The notes under the pieces are model-generated. The model did no database searches, was not told where the DNA came from, and saw only the letters and a list, made by a program, of their open reading frames with translations. A DNA stretch of 64,000 bases from Hormiphora californensis (Eukaryota; Animalia; Ctenophora): positions 5,580,001 to 5,644,000 of the forward strand of contig CM035350.1 of the NCBI GenBank assembly GCA_020137815.1, read 5' to 3'. Shown piece after piece: positions 44,900 through 57,611 of the stretch. Positions within the stretch are counted from its first letter, which is position 1. Each line of letters begins with the position of its first letter. The position numbers and the translations under genes are program-made.

Positions 44900-47800
44900 T
44901 CACGCAGCACCTGTCATTTCCGCCACCGTAGAGTTGCAGACCTCAGCACAGTGTTCTAGGTCTGGGTCCTCGGGAACATTCTTTATTATCTTCATCACTA
45001 GACCTGCGGGGTTTAGGAGAATTATATTGGTGAAAGTGGAACTGCAAAACTTTGATTTTATATGGTATGGCTGTCAGTACTAGGATCATGTGATCGATCA
45101 CATGGTTTAAGGGTCACCACACACCAACGTTAAAATTAAAATTAAAATTTGACGTTTTTGGGCATAACTCTGCCATTTCTTGGCAAAATTGCTTCATTTT
45201 GGGCTGGTTGGAAAGAGGGCATCGAGCCCGTTCTGAAGAGCTCAAGAAACTTGAAATCAACGCAAAGTGCGCGGCGTTAAGGCACATAATGTGCGCGTTA
45301 AAATTTTAAAATTTTAACGCACACATTTTGCACTGTAACGCCGCACACTTTGCGCGGATTTCAAGTTTCTTGGGCTGTTCAGAACTGGCTCGATGCCCTC
45401 TTTTCAACAAGCCCAAAATGAAGCAATTTTATCAAGAAATGGCAGAGTTATGACCAAAAACGTCAAATTTTAATTTTAATTTTAACGTTGGTGTGTGGTG
45501 ACCCATAGGATGCGGCCTTACCTGTGAAACCAAGTATAAAGAAAAGACACCCAAATGTTAGTTGAAGAATGGCTGCAACCTTTCCCCCGTGGACAGTAGC
45601 TCCATTAGGATCGAGTTTTAGGTACAAGGCAGGAGGGAATATGAAGGCATAGGGTATAGCTGCCATTATTCCAGCTATCTGTAGAAGGAGAGTTGTTATT
45701 ATAGAATCATTATGAATAATTAATGATATAGTCTTGAAGTTGATGTTATTGATTTCTCTGAGAGAATTGTGGTGTGTTTTTAAATTTTTCCCCAGTAAAG
45801 TAAAAAATTGTGGTTGTTTCACTCTAATTCCCAAATCACTCTCCTCTAAAAAAGACCAATGATCGGTTGCCATGGAGATGACTTTTAAAAAGCGCAAAAT
45901 ACCCCTGTAATTATAGCATCCCGCTTTCAGGGCTCCCGACCACGAAAATGTAGATTGTTTTCTGGGGGGGTACATTTTGGGTAGAATTTCAAAAACCCAT
46001 TTATATTATTGGGAATTCTTCAGGCCAATGCTCTGCCCCCAGGTTCTCCGTGCCCCGATTTAAAGAAAAGAATTTTGGCGGCCAAGCTCGACAATTTGAA
46101 CTTACTCAGGGCCGAAAAAACCCTCCAGGGAAGGTCGAAGACTCCAATAAAAAGGGCCAATCGGAAAAGTTAGCTAAAATCGCGGGAAACAAAATTTTTT
46201 AAGTTTTCCCCTAACAGGGAAAGAGGAGGGGGTCGGGTAGGCCTGCATTGCAAAAAAATCTCAGATTGGATTCAGAGCGAGTAATGGGGGGATTTCATTT
46301 TTTGATTGCGATCAAATGGTTTCTAAAGTTCCCTGGCTTCCTATATTTTGACAATAAAAAGCCAAGGAAATCTAGAAACCCATTTGATCGACAAAACAAA
46401 TAAGCTTTTTTTCTGAAAACCCCAATCTCAGGGGAAATCCTTTTCATAAAATATTGGGTGAGGCCGGTTTTAATTTTGATACTGTCAAAACTCCCATTCA
46501 ATAAAGGCATCTCCCTTAAAGAACCTTGGGCAGCTTGACTTTTAAAAGATTTGTAAAAAATTTTTTAATCTAAACATGTACTTTTCCCCCAACTTTTGAT
46601 CTGTAAAATGACTACCCCGATCCAAAAATGCTCATAAAAGGGGCAGCATGGGAATACTGCTCCCAAAACCCCCTTGTTGTATTCCCCCCCTGTCTTCTCG
46701 GGAAGGGGGGTTTTATTAAGGAAACGTTTGGTGCAAACCTACCTGGGGGGGGGGGGGTGATTTTGGGGGGGGGGGGGGGTGCCCCTACCTGGGGGAGGGA
46801 GGGGGGAAAAGTGGGGGGGGGGGGGACACCTCGCTGGGGGAGGGTAGAGGGAAGGGGTGAATTTTGGGGGAAGCATATGCTGGAAAATGTACATTTCTAA
46901 CTATTGGGTGTGACTATATGGATTCTCATTTTTTTGAACATTTAAACCCTAAAGGGCGATTAATTTTTTTGACTCACATTTGGTGGAAAGCAAATTCGGT
47001 GGAACCCCCTATTTGGACCCCGACACGATTCCGTTCAAGGGGGAAAACTCGCAAAAAGGGGAAAATGCCCATATCGGCCCGCCCTTTTTCCTGTATTTTC
47101 AGCCTGTCCCCAAAAACATAAATCCTCTTAGAATAGGATAGAGACAATCTGGGCACAAAATGATCAGCGCCCTCGCATTATGGGGGTAGGGGCTGGGAAA
47201 TTTAAATCTCTATCTCATCTGGTTAAAAAGATAATTTGGATAATTAGGTTTGGCAAACCCTTTTTTTTGGGTATATGGCTATACCACTTTGGGAAAGGTT
47301 TAGAGACTTTTTACTGGGGGGGGGGGGCCCATTTTTTAGGGAATACCAAGTTAGGGGGGGCGACGTCGACTTTTAAAAACTCTATCTCCAAACCCTTTAA
47401 AACCCTTTTGGGCCCAAAAATGCAAATGGGCTTTTTTTTTAAAAAAACCGTTTTTCGCCATTTTGAGCTCGATTTAGCCCAAAAACGGGTAAAAGGTGGG
47501 GAAAGGGTTAAAATCACTCGACCCCCCCTAACTTGGGTATTGCCTACAAAGGCCCGTGAAAAATCTCAAACCATTCCCAATGGCTATAGCCAAAGCCAAA
47601 AAAAGGGTTTTGCCAAACCCAATTATCCAAATTTTCTATTAACCCGATTGAAGAGACTTAACCATACCTCCCCCACTAATCGAGGGGGCTGATCACTTTG
47701 TGCCCTCAATTTTTTCTCTACTCCTATTTTAAAAGGATTTATGTTTTTTTGGGTCAGGGTGAAAATACAGTAAAGGGCGTGGCCGATTTGGGGTTTTTTC

Positions 47801-50800
47801 CCTAGATAATGTACAATTGTGGTTGTTTCTATTCTACCAAATCATCCTACCTCTAAAAGAAGACCAAGTCGATCGGTTGCCATGGAGATGACTGTTACAG
47901 CGCTGACAATAGCCACTGTAATTATAGCATGCCGCGTTTCAGAGGGCTCCCGACCAGCGAAAAATGTAGATTGTATTATCTGGGGAGGTGTACATTATGG
48001 GTAGACATTTCAAGAACCATTTATATTATTGGAATTCTGTCAGGCCAATGCTCTGACCACGGTTCTCGCGTGCTCCGTATTTGAAAGAAATGAGAATTAT
48101 ATGGTCAGGCCAATGCTCTGACAATTTGAACTTACATCACGGCAGACAAAACACTCCAGAGGGAAGGTCGTAACGACTCCAATAATGAAGGCCAATCGAG
48201 CAAAGTTAGCTAGAATATCGCAGGAACAGAAGTTCTTTAAGATGTTACCTAACATGGAGAGAGAGGACGGGGTCAGGGTAGTGCCTGCATTGACACATCT
48301 CATGATTGGATTCAGAGCGAGATAATAGGGGGATTTCATTATTTGATTGTCGATCAAATGGGTTTCTAGAGTTGACTTCCTATCTGTCCTAGAGTTGGCT
48401 TCTATTCCTATATCTGACAGTTAAGAAGCCAAGGAACTCTAGAAACCCATTTGATCGACAATCAAATAATGCTTCTTTGAAACTCTCAATCTCATGGGAA
48501 ATGCCTTGTCATAACTATTAGGGTGAGGCCGGTTCTAATTCATGATAGCTGTCAATAGCTCCCATTCAATAGAGAGGCATCTCCTGATAACGAATCCTCC
48601 CCCTTGGGCAGCTTGACTTTAATAGATTTAATAATACGATTAATCTAAACGATGATATCTTACCCACTACTTGATCTGTAAAGATGACATATCCACAGAT
48701 ACCAAATATGCTCATAAAGGTGCATGCAATGGCAATACTGCTCCACACCACCTTGTTGTAGTTCTCCTCTGTCTTCTCGGCAAGGGAGTTCATTATCAGG
48801 AAACTGTTGTGGTGACACACATACGCTGGGAGAGGGGATCAGGGGGTGAATTGTGGGAGAGGGGAGGGGGTGACACACATACGCTGGGAGAGAGGGGAGG
48901 GAGTGAAAAGTGGGAGAGACACATGTTGGGAAAATGTACATTTAACTGACTATTGGAGTGTGACTATATGGATGTCGTCATTTTATTCAACATTGACCCT
49001 ATTATAGTTACAGTATTATTAGTTTCCACATGAGGCAATGTGTTACATCATGACATAGGTCATGTTACATGATGTTACATCATAACTCCCTTCAAGCTCG
49101 ATACATTGAACCGTTACCGCTCCCCTTCTTCTCCTTATAGAGGATATATCCATACCAATTGATGGTGTCTAGATGGCTCCTATATCCCTTGTACTCCCCA
49201 ACTTACCAAATAGAATAATTCCCCAGCTTTCAATCACATAATTTCCGAGGCCCCAGCTGGCAGGTCCGGTATGGTGGGGCTGGGTCACCGCTTTGTACAT
49301 CACCATAATCACCAGATACAACACGGAAATAACAGAGAGCATGGACACGGCGCTCAGGGATTTAATAAACTTGAAGTAGGAGAGGGGTAGAGCCATACAG
49401 AGTGTCGCCATCACTAGGAGGAGCCTCCTGTCTGATAACACGGAGTCGATTGCTGTGAGAGAGAGGAGAGGGGTGTTAGTGGGGGTACAGCTGTAACTAG
49501 ATCGAGAGGAGAGGGGTTTTAGTGGGGGTACAGGTAACTACAGGGTGTCCCATATACTCTCCGGGTCGGTTGGCGAGCTGTCACACAAAAACGGTGATAG
49601 TTGTGTGAAAACTAACTACGGGAGTGTGCTGGATTAATTCCTTCCTAACTGATTGCTTTGTTTTAAATTTAAATTTCAAAGGTATAGAGGGGTGTTAGTG
49701 AGAATAACAGTTTTTTATCGTCCCCGTGCTAACATTTGTCACTCCCTGTTACACACCATGTATCCTGGCCATGTATGTGCCACGGTTTGACAGATGTTAT
49801 TTTCACAGCCACCTGTTTGACCCCGGTAGTGAGGTCCGGAATACTGCCTTTAGGTACCCAATCACTGGGTAACAGTTATAGTGCCTATAGTTGTTGAGTA
49901 AGGTCTCACCCCTTATTCAACAAAGTGTTAGTGGGTGCATTTAGGTGGTTCACGCTTCACGAGCTATAAACTATATCTGCAGTAGAGCCCCCTACGCGTG
50001 ATACCTTCATGTTAGCAGCTGGTAAGAGGGAGCTGCTTATACCAAGGTGGGATACACGAGTTGGCACGTGAAAAGGAGCATCTTATTATATGGGTACTCC
50101 CTTATAACTGTATCAGACAATGGGGGTCAATCAATAGAGAAATGATGTGGCAATACCTTGGTCACACAACACAATTGCTCATAGAGAGTTCTGTGTGCTT
50201 ATAATAGCTAGGCGATGACCACTATTATAGACAGAGTGCCATTGTTTAGCATACTAAATATACTGGACAGCTTGACATCGGTTTATTTGGGTCACAGTGG
50301 TTCTTAGGTTCTATTCTCGATTGACTCGGTCAATCGAGAATATAGAACCTAAGAACCATTTTTAGCATTTGTGGGATCTCCAGTTATTAGATTTACAATT
50401 ATTACATGTGTTACAGAACTAACCTATAGCATTCACGATGGTGCTGAGATTATCAGAGATGATGACCTGATAGGACACCATGGCCAGGAAAGGGAACGAG
50501 AACTGCATTACACTAAGAATTGCCACATAGGGTTGGCCAAATGTGCATGATACGACTTCCTGGTAACTCGTCTGCTTGGTCCACTGCGCCGTTTTGAAAA
50601 GGAGCAGCAGGGTGTACCCAGAGAGAGCCCCAATGAGGAACAGAGAGAGGATACCAAACACAGGACCACACTCCTTCAGCGCGTACGGGATAGCTGAAAT
50701 GGGAGGTGAAGTTATAGTGTGGCGTATCAAGGCAGGTATACGGTATTAAAATCAACACTTGTATATACCCAGCTCTCTACCCCTGATCTCTAGTCTCTAC

Positions 50801-51146
50801 CCCCTCTCTCACTACTAACCGATGATTCCAGCGCCTACTATGGCATTTATGAAGTTCATGATGGCCCCCAAGGCTGAAGAGGAAGATTCCTCCCCGTTCT
50901 CCGGACTGAAAGCACTCTCCTGGTCTGGGGTCGCTTCCAGGGTTTCATACTTGGGCTGAACGGGGAGAGGGGGGTGTCATCTAACTACAGAGTCCAATTT
51001 TTAATAATGCGAACCAGGGACACGCATTTAAAATAAGTCGATTTGCGTGTGACAAATATCTCCGGATATAAATAATGGATATATTAATACGTGTGTGTTA
51101 CCTTGGCAGCGCTGGAGGGAGCAATGGGGTCACCCTCGTCTGCCAT
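44900..51146 (-). CDS. SLC38A11: Sodium-coupled neutral amino acid transporter (SLC38A11-like), 9 exons (51102-51146, 50820-50955, 50424-50693, 49207-49452, 48664-48825, 48136-48248, 47851-47979, 45522-45678, 44900-45003; 453 aa)
   Basis: NFINAIVGAGIIAIPYA, SYQEVV, FAYVCHHNSF, GNILKNFC, TFPLECFVCRD, AFIFPP; GT-AG introns in phase. Confidence 0.85.
45111..45504. mobile_element. Palindromic MITE (gggtcaccacacaccaacg...cgttggtgtgtggtgaccc), Kolobok-like, intronic
   Basis: About 190-bp inverted arms; TTAA on the left flank only. Confidence 0.75.
45790..46950 (-). other. Garbled duplicate of ~47800-48990 (SLC38A11-like exons 5-7)
   Basis: Shared strings gatcggttgccatggagatgac, caggccaatgctctg, tagaaacccatttgatcgaca, gtgactatatggat. 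Confidence 0.75.
47000..47790. mobile_element. Inverted-repeat element of the same family as the 15140-15650 spacer repeats (low-accuracy)
   Basis: gggcacaaaatgatcagcgccctcgcatta and the inverted gctgatcactttgtgccc. Confidence 0.6.
48337..48471. repeat. Intronic hairpin/MITE with 37-bp arms
   Basis: cattatttgattgtcgatcaaatgggtttctagagtt / aactctagaaacccatttgatcgacaatcaaataatg. Confidence 0.75.
50298..50358. repeat. Near-perfect ~60-bp hairpin
   Basis: tggttcttaggttctattctcgattgac tcg gtcaatcgagaatatagaacctaagaacca. Confidence 0.8.
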
Positions 51147-51520
51147 GGCACCTGAAACAGGGTTCACAAATTAGCAACTAAATAAGATAGTAAAATCGAG
51201 AGAGAGAGAGAGAGAGACTGAGCGGAGGGTCGATCAAGGTTGAATTATATATGGATGAAAACAAAGGGACATAAGACTCAAGCAATACTTGTAATATAAC
51301 ATTTGTCTGTCTCTGAGAGACAGTCTCTCTACCCCCCCTCTCTCTCTCACTGTCTCTTTGTCACTCAACCTCTCTCGTGGTTCTCCTCCATTTTTTCTCT
51401 CGATCACATTTTCTCAGTAAGGTATAATAATTGAAATGTCTTTGAGAAGAAACGAAATGAAATTGGTAACTTAACTAGACATGCAATAAAAGTTTGTACA
51501 AGCTTCTCTTCAATTGCTCA

Positions 51521-51601
<81 letters not shown>

Positions 51602-52328
51602 ACATATCTCTATTTCCCTCTCTCTGCCACTTTAGGGATATTGCAGTATCCGGCGGACGCGGAGTAGAGATTTTGTACACACACACAAACTATAGGTCCC
51701 ACATGTATTGGATAGTGGATCTGCATAGAGGGGTGGAACAGAGAGCATGCAACCATGTTATGTATTGGAGTTGGAGCACAAGGCAATATGAGAGCTGCTA
51801 CACATGTGTATTCCGTAGGATGAGCCATCTCGAGAGGACCACATTTGGCAATTTACATTATAATATCTTCGATTTTCTCTGAGCTCCTTATATCTCTCTT
51901 ACATTTTCTTTCTCTCTCCCTCTCTCTCAATTGCCTAGCTAAACGAGAGACATTTAAAGAATCGCATCATGTGCAGCTGAGAGCGGACATCTGCAGTTGC
52001 GGAGCCTCCTCCAATCTTGGGAAGCGAGATCGATACTAGATCAGAGAGTTCAGAATAATTACCAGTATGTACTACGTAGTAAGATCAGATATAAATTAAT
52101 TGTAAAATATCGTTCCTGCAGTAAGCAATGAGCATTGTGGGCTAATGCATACTGTGTGTGAGAGAGAAGAGAAAACGCTGTTGCCAAAGTAGGAATGATT
52201 TTTTTTTTACGTCGAGAGAAGCGCTACTTTATAATTATACCTCTCACATGTCGAAATTATAGAGTAGAGGTAATTAAAATTTCAATTAGAAAACTGTCAT
52301 GTAGTAATTTACAACGAAATATATGAGG

Positions 52329-53002
52329 CATAAACTCTGGCCACTGGCGCGTTATTTCAGATAACTTTCTCCCAGCGCGCCGCTGGGAGAAGTTAGCTGG
52401 AGTTTATCCGCCGCTGGCGGATAAACTGGTTTAAATCACGATGACGATCCCGAGGCGGAGCCGAGGGAGAGGCGGAGGGGTTTAAACCTATAACGTGCCA
52501 GTGGTCAGAGTTTATGGGTTATATACCCTGCTTTAGTTGTTTATTTCAAGTATTACACACCAACAAGAGAGAGAACACTAATCAAAACACACAAAGAGAA
52601 CTGAGAAATAGTTAAAAACACGTCACAATTGAGTGTACACTGTTTGGTAACAGTTACTAAGCAGTTGCTAAGGAAAGAGAGTGAAAGAAATAGCCTGATA
52701 AGGGGCATGTCACAAATAACACAGAGAAAGAGATAGTGAGACAAAAGGGGAGATAAAGAGAGAGTAATTGACGGAATGTGTCCTTTCTTTCTCTCCAATG
52801 TAGTGTGTAAGTGTTGCACATAGTGTTCCCTCTGTATTTTAGTAAGAACTGATCATTTACACACACTTTGAATGTTACGTAGGAGTTAAAAATAAATAAC
52901 CTGCCAGTGGGAAATAATCTGCCGCTGGACTGGCTGGTTATCGAGAGCGCGCCAGTGGGACTTCTCGCCACTGGCGCATTATTTAACTTAGCAGGGTATA
53001 TA
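52329..53002. mobile_element. Two adjacent inverted-repeat elements (~52329-52516 and ~52520-53002)
   Basis: cataaactctggccactggc/gccagtggtcagagtttatg; tatataccctgct/agcagggtatata; internal ccgaggcggagccgagg. Confidence 0.6.
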
Positions 53003-53641
53003 ATACGATATTCCAGGAAACAAGTGGAATTGGAAAATGAAAAGGAGAAAGGAAATTAAACTAAGAAAATGGACGAAATATGATTTGAGATTCCGTAATA
53101 AACTAAACGAGGATCGCGATCATAACTACTAATTACTATACGACAGATAGACAGAGAGATGAGGGGAAAGATACGAGAAAGATATAGAGAGAACCCTCAA
53201 ATGATAATCAGTAGGGCCTGAGTACACACTGCACAGTGCACAGTCCACCTGCCCTGATATACTGATATGATATATATAGCAATTGGGAGCAAAACGTGTA
53301 CGTACATGATCTGTTACAGATCATTGCAGCACCGCTGTACACATACTCACTGCGAACGAGAGAGGGGGAGATAGAGAGAGAGAGAATGATGGTCACGTGG
53401 TTTAGTAATCGGTGTGATTATATACAGAGCTATGGAAGTCACGTGATGTCAAATCTTGTTGCTTATTGGGCACCCTTTTTGGGTTCTCTATAATAGTTAA
53501 ATGTATCTCTCTCTCCCTCATTCTTCTCTCTATCTCTATCTGAGATCTCTCTTGGATTCTCCCAGTCTCAAGCTCAAACTAGGTAACCGCGAGATTGCAA
53601 ACTCTCTTCCTCTTCCTCGCAGAAGAGAAGAGCGAAGTTGT

Positions 53642-53777
<136 letters not shown>

Positions 53778-55708
53778 CGTCTCAGGATAATCGGACATTA
53801 TGTATAATATAGAACGTACTTACTATAACAGCAGTGCGTACATGCCCAGCAACCTTTAAAACATCAGCTCCTTCCACACATAAATACAAAATATATCCTG
53901 GTTCCCGCTAGAACTGGAGGGGATTTCTCAGTGTTACATCTCTACCAGACTAAAAACTGAGGGGGGGGGGCAAAAGACGGGAGGGGGGCAAAAGAGGGCC
54001 GAGGGGGGTAACAGACGGCAAAAGGGACTTTTGTAGACAGTCATACAATCAGAGGTAGTTTTGTTGTTGTTGTGAGGTCATGACCTGCCCGAAAGTAGCA
54101 GCGGCTGCATCGAACACTAGATCTGGTTGATAATTCTCAATAAATCAGCATACTGCTGGTCATCCAATCATTCTGTCCGAACTACTTAAATCTCAATTTC
54201 CGGGGAAATAACCATGACTATATCGAGATAATATCTCTCTCCCTAGATGCAGTGGAGAAGTATCACTGATACCAATATCACGTGGTTAGTGGATCAGCTA
54301 CCATGACGAGAGGATGAGATATTATAATGAAGGAGATTAGAGAGAGTGTAGTACTAATTTGTAATTACAGATTAGCTATGGCGATTTATCTGGCACGGAG
54401 AGATAGTTAATAAGACAAAGAGAGAACACAACTCAGACAGATTGAGATCGTAAGTAGCAGAAAATTAATATTCGATGCAATGATATTCAATGTGACCCGG
54501 AAATCAATACAATGAAAAAATGAATGTGAAATTAAAACAGTTAAAATAGAGTGATTGAGAGCGAGAGAGAGAGAGGGAGATGGAGAGAGAGGGAGATGGA
54601 CACTTTAGGGTTTATGTGAAACTGACCGTGAAACTCGAGTCATTAGATGAATAAGAATGTAAACAGGTCTTGATCAACTATAGATACTGTGCCGGGGCAG
54701 AGACGTGTCATCACCAGCCTGTTGTTTTAGGGTCGAGGAGGATCCGTACGGGTCCTCCTCGCCAGCTCCACTGTGTGTTGTTGTGGTTTCCCCAGTTATC
54801 CCATCGATCGTACTGAAAAGGGCTGCTCGACATCTTTACACTTACATAGTTCATTTAGGGTTAGGGTTAGACCTTTGTATCCTGATTATAGCACTGCCCT
54901 TTCTTTCCTCTTAACAAAAGAAATATTGAGATTATGCGGAGGGGCACGAAGAAGCTGTTATATTTTATGCGGTGCTTTGTCTTTTTCTACAACTTGGTGG
55001 ATAAAACGGCCGCTTTCATCTCTTTATCATTATCAGCTGCAATTGACCCGCCCTCTTGGGCTCTTGTTGAGGTGTCTACTAGACCGCCTAGTGCGGGGGA
55101 GTTTTCTATAAATCATAGACCATATTATTTAGTCGATTCTTAAATGTTAAGAGCCTTAAACAGCATAGAATATCGTACAGCAACTCTTGCTATATAATAC
55201 CAATATAATACACACAATCTGAGCGGGTATGTGGGGGGATAGAATTGATATTTGAGGTGGTAGTTCTCATCCTGGATGTGGCGAGTTTCGAAATTCGAAA
55301 ATAAACATGGAAACAATTGATGCTCACAACGTTTCGGCGTAAATAGCTTTTTTTCAAGTAATAAATCAACAAGTAACAATTGAGATACCACAATCTGTCT
55401 AACAGTGCTGCTTGTAGTCAAATTACCGTAATGAAAATACAGTAAGGAGACACACACGGTGCATAACGCGCGGCAGAAAGTACATGTGTTCAGCACGTAC
55501 TAGCGCCCTGATTGGCCACGGTTGCGCGTCGTCTTACTGTATCTTTCGTTTTCCATTACCGTTTTCCCACTACAAGCGACCGTGTTACGTGTGTTTTATG
55601 AACTGCATTTTTTAGTTCGTTTCCAAAATTACAGTTTTCTATAGACCCTCAGGTTACTCCGTGAAATGAATGCAATCGAGGGGAGAGCTGCTGGAAGGGG
55701 CCCTATAT

Positions 55709-56704
55709 TTAAACCAAGTTCTGTCCACTGCCAGCTGAAGAATCCCCAGTTGTATTACTATGTGGGAAATGGACAACTCCGAGATGGACCAAATCTCGGA
55801 CCATGGTTCGGATGCCGGTGTTACGGAGACAAATTATAAGGGGATTATAGGCGACTAGCATGGGCTGACAGATGACGCCCTCAGTAAATTGAAGGTAATA
55901 GTACCAGTGGGGCCAGGGATCGCTAGGTTCTGGGGAGGGCTTGAAGCCACTTAGAATCTCGGATCCAATAGATAGTACACACCATATAAGCAGCCCAACG
56001 TTTAGAGACAATATCATGATAGCACTTCTCCACTTTATATCAGTCAGCTGGTTTCCACTGGTGAACAAGTGGACTACAGTGAGAAGGGAGAGAACCAGAG
56101 AGATCCCAGTGTTGACCAGGAACATCAAAACAGACAGGGTGTATGTAGCACCTGCATCTGTTGTGTTTACTATAACTGTTTGTAACGCACTAGACCACTC
56201 ATACTTATCATGGCCCCCAAAGTTTATCAACACAGCCGCACATGATAACCAGACGAGATTCACCCCAACAAATGTCCATGTAATGATAGAGATAATCTTC
56301 TCATGTGACATGCCCCACAAAGGAAACCTGATCTTGATGTATCTAACAAATGATATGGCACATGTGATTGCCATTGAAGAGAATCCCAGAACGTATGTAA
56401 AAAGGCAGACAACCCGCCTTGTAAGAGTTACATCAGCAATGAACATGGGATCACGTATTGGTTTTATCAGGTTGTAGAGAGATGAGACGGCGCGGAGGAG
56501 GAATAGGAAATCAACTGCGGCAAGAAGTTGGAATAATCTGGAACCGATGGAGGGGGGCTGTTTGTAGTTGTAGATAAACACCACAGGATTTAGGAGAAAG
56601 GAGATCACAGTAGATATGATGAGAATAACAGCGAAGATAACGGTGAGAGGAGTGTCCCAGTCCGAGTTGTGGGGATAGTGGGTATCGGGGTAAAATATTG
56701 CCAT
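55709..56704 (-). CDS. Intronless orphan 7TM receptor (rhodopsin-like fold, divergent)
   Basis: Seven hydrophobic segments; TM1 N, TM2 LAAVD, TM3 ISFVRY..IRFP, TM7 YNPLI; first ATG at 56704. Confidence 0.75.
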   Translation of the reverse strand: MAIFYPDTHYPHNSDWDTPLTVIFAVILIISTVISFLLNPVVFIYNYKQPPSIGSRLFQLLAAVDFLFLLRAVSSLYNLIKPIRDPMFIADVTLTRRVVCLFTYVLGFSSMAITCAISFVRYIKIRFPLWGMSHEKIISIITWTFVGVNLVWLSCAAVLINFGGHDKYEWSSALQTVIVNTTDAGATYTLSVLMFLVNTGISLVLSLLTVVHLFTSGNQLTDIKWRSAIMILSLNVGLLIWCVLSIGSEILSGFKPSPEPSDPWPHWYYYLQFTEGVICQPMLVAYNPLIICLRNTGIRTMVRDLVHLGVVHFPHSNTTGDSSAGSGQNLV

Positions 56705-57611
56705 AACCGTGCAAATAAGAGTCAAAGTTGAACTGTAGAGATAAGAAAGTGCATGCAGTTATCAGAGACAGTTTCGAATTTTTCTCCCACTTCGGTCTCG
56801 CTCACGCACTACATATTATATTATATTTCTTCATATATTTCTTTATTAAAGACTTTATGGTGATAAGAACTAACAAAATAACAAACGGCACGTACGTAGT
56901 TTTACATCCCGTACCGCCTGCACTTTCTGGAAAGGTTAGCCATTACTGATCCCCCTCCCCCAGTTTCCATGATCTACCGAACCCTCACAGAGTGCACGGT
57001 ATGAACCACGCAACTGTTTCCATACCACGAATGAAGATTCTCCCCAGCATAGATATTCATGATTGCAATGATCGCTGCAGTGCAAATGGAACTGCCCTAT
57101 CCTGTTTTAGTTCTTTTCTCAGAGTTGTTTATGGGATCTCGTTTGCCGAGAGATTGTGGTGCAATTCTGATGGGTAATGATCTAGTCTTTTCTTCACGAC
57201 ATTCCTTATCCTTCTTAGGGTGCAGACTCATTGGTGAAAGGGACTTGTTTCCCTGCTAAATTTCGAAACTCGCCACATCCAGGATGAGAACTACCACCTC
57301 AATGTCTACTAGACTCTTGTTGAGGTGTCTACTAGACCGTCTTGTGCGGGGGAGTTTTCTATAAATCATAGACCATATTTAGTCGATTCTTAAATGTTAA
57401 GAGCCTTAACAACTCTATATACCAACAACACACACATACAATCAGCTAAAACATAGCACCAAGATTCACATTATCTTGCTTTCATTCCACCCCTGTTTAG
57501 TTACTCAACATGACCCCTGCTGCAAACACAGTAACCTCTGAACAAATTGAGACAGTTCATTTCCTTGGAGTCCCAAATATCCCCAAATGATAAGGCTTCC
57601 AATTTGCTGAT

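Noticed and set aside
45463-45975. 170-aa single-exon ORF
   Set aside because: A chimera of the garbled duplicate, intron, true exon 8 and MITE sequence.
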